Shown: one piece after another, positions 40,935-51,313 of the stretch | How positions within the stretch are numbered: the stretch's first letter is position 1 | How the letters are laid out: every line of letters begins with the position of its first letter | From: an uncultured Spirochaetota bacterium | GTDB taxonomy: Bacteria > Spirochaetota > Brevinematia > Brevinematales > JAOACQ01 | NCBI GenBank assembly: GCA_963783575.1 | Contig: CAWAOD010000011.1 | Location: 128,001 to 192,000, forward strand | Reading direction: 5' to 3' | DNA: 64,000 nucleotides | Program-made: the position numbers and the translations under genes | Notes under the pieces: generated by a model | What the model was told of the DNA's origin: nothing | Database searches by the model: none | Seen by the model: the letters and a program-made list of their open reading frames with translations, nothing else

Positions 40935-41158
40935 GCCCCTTTGCTTCTCTTCGGCAACAGACTGTGTGAAAACTCGGCTTTTTGAAGCGTAATTCTATAT
41001 TTTCCGTTTTGTAACTTCTATAAATACATAATGAAAAATTGTTTTCACACAGCCTGCAAGCTCAGGGCAGGCTGCTTGACCCGGTTTAGATTTCTTACGC
41101 AACAAAGTTGCGTATAGCTTTGCGGAGTTTATTCCTAGCAAAGCCTGCCCTGAGATTA
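40935..41158. repeat. REP-like composite palindrome, continues at 42850-42870 beyond IS1182
   Basis: With the insertions removed, arms are CTTCGGCAAGCTCAGGGCAGGC and GCCTGCCCTGAGATTATCGAAGG. Inner hairpin TACGCAAC-AAA-GTTGCGTA. Confidence 0.75.
40958..41056. mobile_element. 99-bp MITE with IS1182 ends
   Basis: TIRs CAGACTGTGTGAAAAC / GTTTTCACACAGCCTG, essentially those of the adjacent IS. CAA duplicated at 40955-40957 and 41057-41059. No ORF. Confidence 0.85.
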
Positions 41159-42849
41159 CAGACTGTGTGAAAACACAGTAAATATGCTATAATTATTAGA
41201 ACAAAAATAATCGGAGTAAAAGATGAAGCATATTGAGGGAGAATCAAGGGATCAGATAGTTCTGTTCAATGAAACACTGGAAGATCTGTTAGGAGAAGAA
41301 GATCCGGTAAGGTTTATAGATATTTTTGTTGATAAGCTAAATATGAAAGGAGTTGGTTTTAAAGTAAAAGAAGCATCAACCGGCAGAAGTTCATATAAAT
41401 CCGAAATACTTTTAAAAATCTATATTTACGGATATTTGAATAAAATCAGGACAAGCAGGAAATTAGAGAGAGAGTGCCGAAGAAACACAGAGTTGATGTG
41501 GCTGACTGGACGACTAGCGCCGGATTTCAAGACGATTGCCGACTTCAGGAAAGATAATAAGAAGGGAATACAGTCGATATTCAGAGAATTTTTGAAGATA
41601 TGTCATAAAGCCGGGCTTTTATCATTTGACGTTGTTGGAATTGATGGAACCAAGATCAGTGCGCAAAACCACAATAACAATGTTTATCATAGGAAAAACA
41701 TAGAAGAAATCATACATAGAATAGATCAAAAGATCGAAGAATATTTGAATGAGATGGATAAGAACGATAAGGAAGAAAAGAATGAATTTGAATTTCTTTC
41801 CGGAAAGATAGCGGAACGTTTAAAGAAAATGAAAACAAAAAAGGATAAAGTTGAGGCTATTAAAAAGATTTTTGAGGGAAATCCTGAAATGGAGAAATAT
41901 TATTCAAATGACCCGGAAAGCCGGTTTATGAATGATAAAGGGAAATCCGACATTGCATATAATCTGCAGATGGCAGTAGATGATGCGAATAAACTGATTG
42001 TGGTGATTGATGTGACGAATGAAAACAATGATATCAAACAGATGGCAGGAATGTGTGACCGAGTAGAAGAAATAAAGGACGAGCTTAAGGTAGAGACTGA
42101 AACGGTCAAAGTATCGGATGCCGGTTATTACAGCGAACCGCAGATACTGGAATGTATAGATAAGGGACATAACGTATATATGCCGAATCCGGATGACGGA
42201 CATAAGGCAAGGATTCGAGGCAAAGAAGATAATAAAGGAGTACCTGCTGAAGAATACCAGGTTGATAAATTCAAATATGATCCGGGACAAAATGTTTATT
42301 ATTGTCCGGAGGGAAACCCATTAGTGAGAAATGGGAAAAAAGTAGAGAAGGTCAATGGAGGAAAAGAGATAGTCAGGTACAAGTGCGGCTTATGCAGCCA
42401 ATGTGAAGTAAGAAATAAGTGTACTGAAAGCGTGGAAGGACGAAGTATCAAAGTACCAGTTAGAAAAGAAGAAATTGAGAACTTCAAGAGGAAAATTCGT
42501 TCTGAAGCCGGGAAAAAGATCATAGAGAAAAGGAAAGAGATATGTGAACATCCATTTGGATCGATAAAAAGGAATATGGGTTACAGTTATTTTTTAATGA
42601 AGGGAAAGGATGGCGTTCTGACGGAATCCAGTTTGGCAGGATTCATTCATAATTTAATAAAAGTATTGAATATATTGGGAATAAAGAGACTTATGACTCT
42701 GGTTTGATGCTAATAAACCATCGTTTATCGTATTCGGATAGATTTTTTAAACTAAGATTTTTTTAGCTTGAAAAATATATCAAAAAATGGAGTCTTTGTA
42801 TAATTAATCGATTTTACTATAAAATTTTACTGAGTTTTCACACAGTCTG
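41159..42849 (+). mobile_element. IS1182-family insertion sequence
   Basis: 24-bp TIRs (23/24 match) CAGACTGTGTGAAAACACAGTAAA / TTTACTGAGTTTTCACACAGTCTG. TTA duplicated at 41156-41158 and 42850-42852. Confidence 0.92.
41223..42707 (+). CDS. IS1182-family transposase (intact)
   Basis: LLKIYIYGY...TSRKLE...PDFKTIADFRK, IDGTKI, SDAGYY, YCPEG/CxxC Zn motif, EHPFGSIK. Confidence 0.95.
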   Translation: MKHIEGESRDQIVLFNETLEDLLGEEDPVRFIDIFVDKLNMKGVGFKVKEASTGRSSYKSEILLKIYIYGYLNKIRTSRKLERECRRNTELMWLTGRLAPDFKTIADFRKDNKKGIQSIFREFLKICHKAGLLSFDVVGIDGTKISAQNHNNNVYHRKNIEEIIHRIDQKIEEYLNEMDKNDKEEKNEFEFLSGKIAERLKKMKTKKDKVEAIKKIFEGNPEMEKYYSNDPESRFMNDKGKSDIAYNLQMAVDDANKLIVVIDVTNENNDIKQMAGMCDRVEEIKDELKVETETVKVSDAGYYSEPQILECIDKGHNVYMPNPDDGHKARIRGKEDNKGVPAEEYQVDKFKYDPGQNVYYCPEGNPLVRNGKKVEKVNGGKEIVRYKCGLCSQCEVRNKCTESVEGRSIKVPVRKEEIENFKRKIRSEAGKKIIEKRKEICEHPFGSIKRNMGYSYFLMKGKDGVLTESSLAGFIHNLIKVLNILGIKRLMTLV

Positions 42850-42956
42850 TTATCGAAGGGTCGAGGGGATTCCTTTAGAGTTCTTACATAATACCTCACA
42901 GCTTTCTGCAATGTTTATTACCTAGAAGCTCTGCCTCGAGGATCTTTATTACCAAT

Positions 42957-45350
42957 TTATTCTGATATAATAATGTTGGAGTAAGAAGACCACCCAGCAG
43001 TATTTGCATAAACACTTACATATATGTTCGAAACTCTGATGGCTTTCAAATTACCGCAGCTCTGGAATTGCGACCCATCGGCTACAGGCGGTGCAATGGG
43101 ATTTAGTATTACATTCGTCAGGTTGCCGCAGAAGCCAAAAGCGTCAATCCCGATATTCGTGACGCCGGCAGGTATTGCCACATTTGTTACACTGCAGTAT
43201 TCAAAAGCTTCGTCACCGATAGATGTGACGCTGTTTGGAATTATAACGATTGCCAGATTATTGCAGTTCTGGAACATACCGTATTGTATGACTGTAATAT
43301 TGTTAGGGATAGTCACGCTCTTCAGGTTTACACAGCTCTGGAATGCATCGTATCCAATAGACGTAACGCTGTCGGCTATTGTCACATATACCAGGCTTCC
43401 GCAATTCTGGAAAGCAGAATACTCAATCGTTGTGACGCCGCTTTGAATCGTCACATTAGCCAGGCTGCCGCAGTATTGGAATGCTGAATATCCAACAGTT
43501 ATGACACTGCCAGGGATCGTAACACTTGCAAGGCCACTACAGCCCTGGAATGCATTATTCCCTACATTCGTGACACTGGTAGGGATTGTCAAACTTATAA
43601 GACTGCCGCATCCATTGAATGCACTATTCCCGATAGATGTAACACTGCCGGGAATATTGATATTTGTTAGGCTGGAGCAGCCCGAAAACACTTCATTTCC
43701 AATAGATGTTATACTGCCAAGATTTGTTACAATTAAAAGGCTGACACATCCATTGAATGCACCGTTTCCGATAGATATAACACTTGTAGGGATTGTTACG
43801 CTCTGCAAACCTACACAATTTGCGAATGCATTATTTCCAATTGTAGTGACATTGCCAGGGATTGTTATATTTGTGAGGCTTCCGCAGTTCTGGAAAGCCT
43901 GGTCACCGATGGAAGTAACACTGTTCGGGATAGTCACGCTCTTCAGGCTTCCGCAATTCTGGAAGTCCCAACCTCCTATTGTTGTGATGCAATTTGGAAG
44001 TGTTACATTTGTAAGTCCGTTGCAGCCCTGGAATGAAAATGTTCCCATAGAAGTAACGCTGTTTGGAATTGCTATGCTTACCAGGCTGCCACATTGCGAG
44101 AAAACATCATTTCCGATAGATGTAACGCTGTTTGGGATAGTCACGCTCTTCAGGCTTCCGCAGTTCTGGAAGGCCTGATCACCGATGGAAGTGACACTGT
44201 TAGGGATTGTTACATTTGTCAGCCCACTGCAGCTCTGGAATGTATTATTATAGATTGTCGAAACGCCGTTGGGAATTGTAATGCTCGTCAGGCCGCTGTT
44301 TTGGAACGCAGAATATCCTATCGTTGTAACGTTGTTCGGGATACTCAGGCTCCTCAGACTGCTGCAATTTTGAAAAGCGGAATATCCTATCGCTGTGACG
44401 CTATTAGGAATCGTTACGCTTACCAGTCCTGTGCAGCCTTGAAACAAATTATTCCCGATATACGCAGTACCGCTGACGATTGTTGCGTTTGTTAGTCCGG
44501 TACAGTTTTGAAACGTTCCATTCCCGATGGATGCAATATTGGTTGAGATCGTCAAATTCACCAGACCCGAATTCTGGAACGCATTATCCTGAATGGCAGT
44601 GACACTGCCCGGAAAAGTAATATTCTTCAGCCCCGTGCAGTTTTGAAATGCGCTGTTTCCGATATAACTAACGGTGTTCGGGATTGTTATATTTGTTAGA
44701 CTTGTACAGTTTTGGAACCAGTTATTCCCTATGAAAGTAAAATTGTTTGGGAGAGTTATACTTGCCAGGCTGGAACAGTAGGCAAACAAATTATTTTCCC
44801 AGTTCTGAACCATAATGCTGTTAGGGATTGACACGCTTATTAAGCTAGTGCAATATAAAAACACTTCATTTCCGATGGATATAACACTGTTAGGAATTAT
44901 AATGTCTGTAAGGCTGGAACAGTACGCAAACGTATCATTCCCAATGGATGTGACGCTGTTGGGGATAGTAATGTTTGTCAGGCCTGTACAGCCCTGGAAT
45001 GCGCTATCCTCAAGGGAAGTTACACTTGTCGATATTGTTATATCCCTCAAAATAGAACAATTCTTGAATGCGCCATTCCCGATTGACGTAACGATATTAC
45101 TGTTTATTGAGCCGGGTATTACAATAGAGGCTTTTTGTGAATCATTCTGGTTGGACCATAAACTGGAAAGCCCTGTAATTGTACATGTATTGCCGGAAAT
45201 GGTATATGTAAAAATGGAGGTGGCCGGAGTCGAACTTGTTGGATTGCTGGAATTGCCTCCACTGCCGCTGCTTCCCGGGTTAGTACTGCAGCTTGCTGTG
45301 AAGAAAAAGATAACCATAAAGAAAATTGGAACAAAAAGTTTCCTGATCAT
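42957..45350 (-). CDS. BspA/TpLRR-type leucine-rich-repeat surface lipoprotein
   Basis: Start MIRKLF after GGGGAGG; FTASC lipobox; Ser/Gly linker; roughly 30 repeats of LxxVTIPNSVTSIGxxAFxxC (23 aa). Confidence 0.92.
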   Translation of the reverse strand: MIRKLFVPIFFMVIFFFTASCSTNPGSSGSGGNSSNPTSSTPATSIFTYTISGNTCTITGLSSLWSNQNDSQKASIVIPGSINSNIVTSIGNGAFKNCSILRDITISTSVTSLEDSAFQGCTGLTNITIPNSVTSIGNDTFAYCSSLTDIIIPNSVISIGNEVFLYCTSLISVSIPNSIMVQNWENNLFAYCSSLASITLPNNFTFIGNNWFQNCTSLTNITIPNTVSYIGNSAFQNCTGLKNITFPGSVTAIQDNAFQNSGLVNLTISTNIASIGNGTFQNCTGLTNATIVSGTAYIGNNLFQGCTGLVSVTIPNSVTAIGYSAFQNCSSLRSLSIPNNVTTIGYSAFQNSGLTSITIPNGVSTIYNNTFQSCSGLTNVTIPNSVTSIGDQAFQNCGSLKSVTIPNSVTSIGNDVFSQCGSLVSIAIPNSVTSMGTFSFQGCNGLTNVTLPNCITTIGGWDFQNCGSLKSVTIPNSVTSIGDQAFQNCGSLTNITIPGNVTTIGNNAFANCVGLQSVTIPTSVISIGNGAFNGCVSLLIVTNLGSITSIGNEVFSGCSSLTNINIPGSVTSIGNSAFNGCGSLISLTIPTSVTNVGNNAFQGCSGLASVTIPGSVITVGYSAFQYCGSLANVTIQSGVTTIEYSAFQNCGSLVYVTIADSVTSIGYDAFQSCVNLKSVTIPNNITVIQYGMFQNCNNLAIVIIPNSVTSIGDEAFEYCSVTNVAIPAGVTNIGIDAFGFCGNLTNVILNPIAPPVADGSQFQSCGNLKAIRVSNIYVSVYANTAGWSSYSNIIISE

Positions 45351-45590
45351 AAAATTTGTCCTCCCCAAAAAAAATCGTATCGAATGCATTTATTTTATCG
45401 AAAATCAGTTAAATTGTCAAGACCACAGACGGGAGGGAAATTTTAACTTTCTATACATAATAATCCTTCATTTGATTCAAGTTATCTGCGCCGGTTCATT
45501 ATTCCACCATTTATACCCTGTTTTCTTTGCTGTTTTTGATTCTATATATTACAATTTTCCTCAATAAAGTATATTTTGAAGGAGTCATCA

Positions 45591-46616
45591 ATGCGAAAAT
45601 TCGGATTAATTTGTACCGGATTTATTCTAGTATTTCTTACTATGGGGACATCACAAGATAATATATACAAAGTTCAGAAGATTGTAAAAGCAGGAGGCGC
45701 AGGAGGATACGACTATGTCTATGCCGATTCAGATGGCCGGAAATTATATATTGCTCGAACTGGAATACAAAATAGGATTACGGTATTTGATCTGGACACC
45801 CTGGTATTAATAGATGAAATTTCCAACATAAATGCCCATGGAGTCGCTGTTTCGGCAAAATCGGGCCATGGTTTTGCCACCAGTAAACCGGTTGCAATGT
45901 GGGATACAAAAACGTTTAATCTTATAAAAACGATTGAAGTTGACGGTAGTCCTGATGGAATTCTCTATGACGGATTTAATGACCGGGTTTATATTTTCAG
46001 TCATAAAGTTCCTAATGTGACTGTGATTAACGCTTCAGACGGATCGGTTGCGGGCAAGGTTGATCTTGGAGGCGCCCCGGAGCAGGCAGTTTCCGATGGA
46101 AAGGGACATATTTATGTTGACATTGAAGACAGGGATAATATTGCAGTTATTGATGCAAATTCTTCTGTAACCGCTCATTACGATCTGGCCGGAAAAGGTG
46201 GAACCTGCGCAGGCCTGGCAATTGATATGAAGAATCAAATACTTTTTGTTGCCTGCCGTGATCCGCAAACCATGGTAATTCTGAGCGCAGCAGATGGAAT
46301 GATCATCTCTGTATTGCCAATCGGTAAGGGTACGGACGGAGCCGCTTTTAATTCAAATACCATGGAAGTTTTCAGTTCGCAGAGTGACGGTACTCTGACT
46401 GTAATCAAAGAGAACAGCCCAAACAGTTTTGCTGTTGAACAAAACCTGATCACCATGCAGAACGCAAAAACTCTGACTCTTGATTCCAAAACAGATAAAA
46501 TAATCCTAATTGCCGCGGAGTTTGCCCCTCCGCCCGAAGCGCAGAAGCAGGGGAAACGGCCTCAACATGGACCAATGATCCCGGAATCTTTTTGTATTAT
46601 CGAAGTCGGTAAATAA
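45591..46616 (+). CDS. YncE-family beta-propeller exported protein
   Basis: Signal peptide; GGYDYVYAD...LYIAR, HGVA, PDGILYD, GAPE, GLAID blade repeats. Confidence 0.8.
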   Translation: MRKFGLICTGFILVFLTMGTSQDNIYKVQKIVKAGGAGGYDYVYADSDGRKLYIARTGIQNRITVFDLDTLVLIDEISNINAHGVAVSAKSGHGFATSKPVAMWDTKTFNLIKTIEVDGSPDGILYDGFNDRVYIFSHKVPNVTVINASDGSVAGKVDLGGAPEQAVSDGKGHIYVDIEDRDNIAVIDANSSVTAHYDLAGKGGTCAGLAIDMKNQILFVACRDPQTMVILSAADGMIISVLPIGKGTDGAAFNSNTMEVFSSQSDGTLTVIKENSPNSFAVEQNLITMQNAKTLTLDSKTDKIILIAAEFAPPPEAQKQGKRPQHGPMIPESFCIIEVGK

Positions 46617-46718
46617 ACAATACTTTTTCTTTAGTTGACAGACTCTTCCTATATGGGTTTTCCCTTCATTTATTTTTAAAATATCACTGCGCAAATATAA
46701 TTATACCCGGCTATTTCA

Positions 46719-47606
46719 TTATTTTCCATATATAGTATTCAGTAAATAAGCCAATCTTAATCCTCCTTTTTCAATCTGTAAATAAGCTGTCTTTTCATTC
46801 TTTTTCTTATAATCTGAAAAATTAACCATTGTAAGATATGATTTTTTACCATTAGTAATGGAAAAATAATTATAAATTTGAATCCCAATTAAATAGCTCT
46901 TATATGACCAGTCAATCAATGAGCTGTTTGTCCAATTAACTTTTTCTTTTAAAGGCGTTAAATTAATCTTTGAAACCAATTCTTTTCCTTTTTTATTAAT
47001 GGCAGTGATATCATTGGTATTAGCCTCTAAATCCCATAAGATATGGAGATTTATATATTTATTTTTACCTCTGTAAGTATTAAATAAATTGGTAAAAATT
47101 CGGCCATTGCCTCCCCTGTCGCCGTTCAAATCAATATTATGAAGGGGCTGCGTAATATCACCCGCAAAATGTATCAAAAACAATAGGTTTGTGTAAGCTA
47201 TCGGGCTTTTAGTATTTTTATTATTTATTAAGAAGACTATTTCATTTGATAACTGGGAAATAACATTATCATTATTAGCGGGCAGATAGGCCAAGATATC
47301 TTTTCTGGTGTAATTCTTATCTTCGGGTAAATCAATAAAGTGCCAGGGCGCGGTATTCCTGTATTTATTTCTTATAGAATCAGCGTCCGGTGCATGATTC
47401 TTAATCCATAATTTAACTTTTTGTTTCATTGATAATTTGGAATCACTATTAAGATGACTCTTTATTAATTTATAAATATTTGTGCAGGCTGTATCCGTTA
47501 GATATTCACCGGCAATATAGCCTATTAATTTATGGCCGCCTTTTGCCCAGGGAAAAAGTAATGAACAAGGAACAAGAAGAAATAGAATAAGTAATTTTAT
47601 TTTCAT
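46719..47606 (-). CDS. S1/P1 nuclease, secreted
   Basis: Signal peptide, then WAKGGH, WHFID, LIHFAGDITQPLH, NLHILWD zinc-ligand motifs. Confidence 0.9.
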   Translation of the reverse strand: MKIKLLILFLLVPCSLLFPWAKGGHKLIGYIAGEYLTDTACTNIYKLIKSHLNSDSKLSMKQKVKLWIKNHAPDADSIRNKYRNTAPWHFIDLPEDKNYTRKDILAYLPANNDNVISQLSNEIVFLINNKNTKSPIAYTNLLFLIHFAGDITQPLHNIDLNGDRGGNGRIFTNLFNTYRGKNKYINLHILWDLEANTNDITAINKKGKELVSKINLTPLKEKVNWTNSSLIDWSYKSYLIGIQIYNYFSITNGKKSYLTMVNFSDYKKKNEKTAYLQIEKGGLRLAYLLNTIYGK

Positions 47607-47792
47607 ATATTCCCCAAAATTGATAAATTTTATCAATTAAATTAAATCATAATAATTCTGTATTATTTTAAAGAACAATTAAAAAAATAGTTAGTAAATG
47701 GGCAAGTCTTGAAATATCGATTTATTATATGAATTGAGAATTTTTATAATTGGGGTTACAATTAATGTTATAATTATATTCAGAGGTATTCT

Positions 47793-48431
47793 ATGAAAAC
47801 AATCGCCATTAACGGAAGTCCCAGAAAAGACTGGAACACTGCAATTTTACTGGAAAGCGCTCTTAGGGGAGCGGCCCTGGCGGGAAGTAAAACAGAATTA
47901 ATTAATTTATATGACCTGAATTTTAAGGGCTGTATAAGCTGTTTTAAATGTAAAAAAAACGGAAGTAAAAATTACGGGAAATGCGCTGTGAAAGACGGAT
48001 TAACTCCAGTCTTGAGAAAAATTGAAAAGTCTGATGCGCTAATAATGGGCTCGCCAATTTACATTGGTTCTGTGACCGGTGAAATGAAATCATTTATGGA
48101 ACGGCTGTTGTTTCAGCATCTGCTCTATTCCAGCCCGTCAGGGACTTCTTTTAAGGGAAAATTAAGGGTAAGTTTTATTTACACTATGGGTATGAATAAA
48201 GAACGGTTTGAGAATAGCCAGCTAAAAGCTCATACTGAAGGCATTGAATCAACAATCATAAGAATCTTCGGAAATATCGAAACATTGCATTGTTTTGATA
48301 CTTATCAGATGGATGATTATACAAACATTGAATACGGTATGGATATTGATAAAAAATGGGAAAGAAGAAATACCGAATTTCCAAAAGATTGTGAAAAAGC
48401 CTTTGAAATAGGGAAGAACCTGAATAAATAA
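47793..48431 (+). CDS. Iron-sulfur flavoprotein / NADPH-dependent FMN reductase family
   Basis: INGSPRKDWNT, CISCFKC...C, GSPIY, KSFMER. Confidence 0.88.
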   Translation: MKTIAINGSPRKDWNTAILLESALRGAALAGSKTELINLYDLNFKGCISCFKCKKNGSKNYGKCAVKDGLTPVLRKIEKSDALIMGSPIYIGSVTGEMKSFMERLLFQHLLYSSPSGTSFKGKLRVSFIYTMGMNKERFENSQLKAHTEGIESTIIRIFGNIETLHCFDTYQMDDYTNIEYGMDIDKKWERRNTEFPKDCEKAFEIGKNLNK

Positions 48432-48466
48432 ATTTGTTTAAAATCGGGGATAGGAAGGAGCATAAA

Positions 48467-49084
48467 ATGAAAGTACTGGCATTTAACGGAAGTCCGCATA
48501 AAGACGGAAGTACATACACGGCTATAAATATTGTATCCGAGGAACTTAAAAATTTTGATATTAATGTTGAAATTGTCCAGGTTGGGAGTAAAATTATAAG
48601 AGGCTGTATTGGCTGCTACAAATGCAGGGAACTTAAAAAATGCTTTTATAATGATGATATTGTAAATGAGAATCTGGCTAATATTCAGGATGCCGACGGA
48701 TTGATCTTAGGCTCGCCTGTTTATTATTCCGGTATAGCGGGAACAATGAAATGTTTCCTTGACAGATTATTTTTTGCCGGTCCAGATTTGCGGTATAAAG
48801 TCGGGGCAGCTGTATTAGCCTTAAGGCGTTCAGGCGGCGTTTCCGCTTTCCAGCAAATAAACAATTACTTTAATCTGGCTCAAATGATAATCGCGCCGTC
48901 ACAATACTGGAATGTCATTCATGGCACGAATTCCGAAGAAGTGATAAAGGATGAAGAGGGAGTTCAAATATTGCGGACTCTTGGGAAAAACATGGGATGG
49001 CTGTTAAAATCACTTCATTCCGGAAGAAATGAAATTACTGAACCGGTACAAAGCCAAAAAGTAAGGACCAATTTTATCCGCTGA
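48467..49084 (+). CDS. Iron-sulfur flavoprotein / flavodoxin family
   Basis: ATG at 48467 after AAGGAG. FNGSPH, CIGCYKC...C, GSPVYY, RRSGG. Confidence 0.88.
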   Translation: MKVLAFNGSPHKDGSTYTAINIVSEELKNFDINVEIVQVGSKIIRGCIGCYKCRELKKCFYNDDIVNENLANIQDADGLILGSPVYYSGIAGTMKCFLDRLFFAGPDLRYKVGAAVLALRRSGGVSAFQQINNYFNLAQMIIAPSQYWNVIHGTNSEEVIKDEEGVQILRTLGKNMGWLLKSLHSGRNEITEPVQSQKVRTNFIR

Positions 49085-49121
49085 GGTCAGGCTAAACTTA
49101 CGGGTTAATTTATTGATTATT

Positions 49122-50353
49122 TCAATGATCAAAACTATCCGCTTTGAAGAGATCGGGAAAAAGCTTTGTCCAGGCAAGAACCACAGCTATAGTACCGATC
49201 CCTCCGATTACTACGGAGGGTATGGTTCCAAACCAGGCGGCCGTGATTCCGGATTCAAATTCTCCAAGCTGGTTGGACGTTCCTATAAAGAGAGAATTAA
49301 CAGCGCTCACCCTTCCCCTCATATTATCAGGAGTCTTAATCTGAACCAGTGTTTGTCTTATTACAACGCTGATTACGTCAGCGCCTCCCAGAACAGCAAG
49401 CGATGCAATAGACAGGATAAATGACCTCGAAAGCGCAAAAATTAGAGTGGCAATTCCGAAAATAATAACCGCGGTAAACATAGAACGCCCTATATGCCTA
49501 CGAATGGGTTTTCTTGACAGATAGAGCGATATAAGGAGAGCCCCTGCTGCTGGAGCGGCTCTTAAAAGCCCAATCCCCAGGGGCCGGTTGAGAGAATATC
49601 CCGCGCGTAAATCGGCAACAAAGCTGTTGCCCCTCCGAGCAAAACCGCGAAAAGGTCTAAGGAGATTGCACCTAGAATAACAGGTCTGTTAAAAATGAAA
49701 TGTATGCCTCCGAATAAAGCCATATAGCTGAAAGGTTCTTTATTTGCGTGTTTTAGTACCAAATGAATCCGGCTTGTTAGAAAACAAGAAGTCAAATATA
49801 AAAGGCAAATGATTGAATAGATCGTTAATGGGCCGAAAGTATAAAGAATTCCACCCAGTGCTGGACCGATAATTGACGCTGTCTGAAATGCCGACGAGGA
49901 AAGTGCTGCGGCCCGCGGAAAACTTTTAGCCGGCACAATCCCGGGCAGAATCGCCTGCATCGACGGTCCCTCGAAGGCCCTTGCCGCGCCTAAAAAGGTC
50001 AGAACTATTAATATGATTTCAGTATTGAGCCAGCCTGAAAAACTGCCTGCGGCAAGAATAAATAATCCCATGCCTTCCACAGCCTGGCAAACAAGAATTA
50101 TTGACCGCCTGTTGAAACGGTCCGCTGTATGGCCGATTAAAAGTGTTAGAATGAACATGGGCAGGAATTGTACAAGACCTACCATACCGAGGATAAAGGC
50201 GCTTCCTGTAATTGCGTATATCTGCCAGCCCACAGCAACGGCGGTCATCTGAGATGCGAGAGAGGCGGCAGTTCTTACAGTCAATAAAAAAACGAAAGAG
50301 CTGTTTCGGGCCAGGGATTCATCGAACTGCCCGCTTTCTGAAGATTTATTCAT
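49122..50353 (-). pseudogene. MFS transporter (EntS/MFS_3-like), -1 frameshift near 49565
   Basis: GHTADRFNRR, LDLFAVLLGGATALLP; one added base restores GLG(F/L)LRAAPAAG; RGRVSAVN. Confidence 0.85.
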
Positions 50354-50584
50354 TTAAATATCCGGATTTTCATAACTTTATTCATGAGGGAATATTCTAA
50401 TTCAGAAGCCCGCAAAACTCAAATATTAAACTTTAATGTGTTTTCCGGTTTATTTTGATTTTTGTGTTTTTTTATCAGGTTTATTATAATTTTTTACTAT
50501 AGAAAATGAGAAAGTCTTATTGTGTCAGATGTTCAAGTCCGGTTAAACTGGAAATAGTAATTTTAGATATTTTAGGAGAATAAT

Positions 50585-51304
50585 ATGCCTGATACTGTTC
50601 TTATCACTGGTGCCGGCAGGGGGCTCGGTTACTGGCTCTCAAAGAAGTTTCTTGAAAATAAATATTTTTTGATCGCTCTGAACAAGATAAAAAGCGCGGA
50701 TTTCGATAAACTCGCCGCAGATCACCCCGGTAAAACCGCTGAATTTATCGCTGATATAAGCGACGAACAATCCGTGATAAAGGCCTGCAAAGGATTAAAA
50801 AAGATATCGGAGAAAATTGATATTCTGATTAACAATGCCGGGATTCATCCGGAACCGTCAAATCACAAATGGAAGCATATCGATGACCTGTCCGATGTCA
50901 TCCTGGATACTGTAAAACTTAATTTATCGGTCAATGCATATGGACCCCTGCTTGTAGTAAAGCATTGCCTGCCTTTTTTGAAAAATGGGCGGCAAAAGCT
51001 TATCGTCAATATTTCTTCCGAAGCAGGCAGCATAGCGCAGTGTTACAGAAAAGATGAGTTCGGATACTGTATGTCGAAAGCCGCCCTGAATATGCAGTCA
51101 AAAATCCTTCAGAACAGGCTTTTGGAATTCGATCTGAAAGTCATCGCTGTCCACCCCGGATGGATGAAAACCGATATGGGCGGGCCGGAAGCCTCCGATT
51201 ATCCCGAAGTCTGCGCCGAAAGAATAACAGCCCTCGCCCTCAGGAAATGGAAGAAGGACGATCCCATTTACATGGATAACCTGGGCAACCCCTTAACCTG
51301 GTAG
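50585..51304 (+). CDS. Short-chain dehydrogenase/reductase (CsgA-like)
   Basis: TGAGRGLG, INNAG, YCMSK, HPGWMKTDMGG. Confidence 0.92.
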   Translation: MPDTVLITGAGRGLGYWLSKKFLENKYFLIALNKIKSADFDKLAADHPGKTAEFIADISDEQSVIKACKGLKKISEKIDILINNAGIHPEPSNHKWKHIDDLSDVILDTVKLNLSVNAYGPLLVVKHCLPFLKNGRQKLIVNISSEAGSIAQCYRKDEFGYCMSKAALNMQSKILQNRLLEFDLKVIAVHPGWMKTDMGGPEASDYPEVCAERITALALRKWKKDDPIYMDNLGNPLTW

Positions 51305-51313
51305 AGGATTAAT

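Noticed and set aside
40958..41182. CRISPR array from repeated CAGACTGTGTGAAAAC
   Set aside because: These are terminal inverted repeats of a MITE and an IS in mixed orientation. No regular spacers or cas genes.
43024..45567. Long plus-strand ORFs (140, 225, 250 aa) opposite the LRR gene
   Set aside because: Antisense shadows of the repetitive LRR codon pattern, with no independent motifs.
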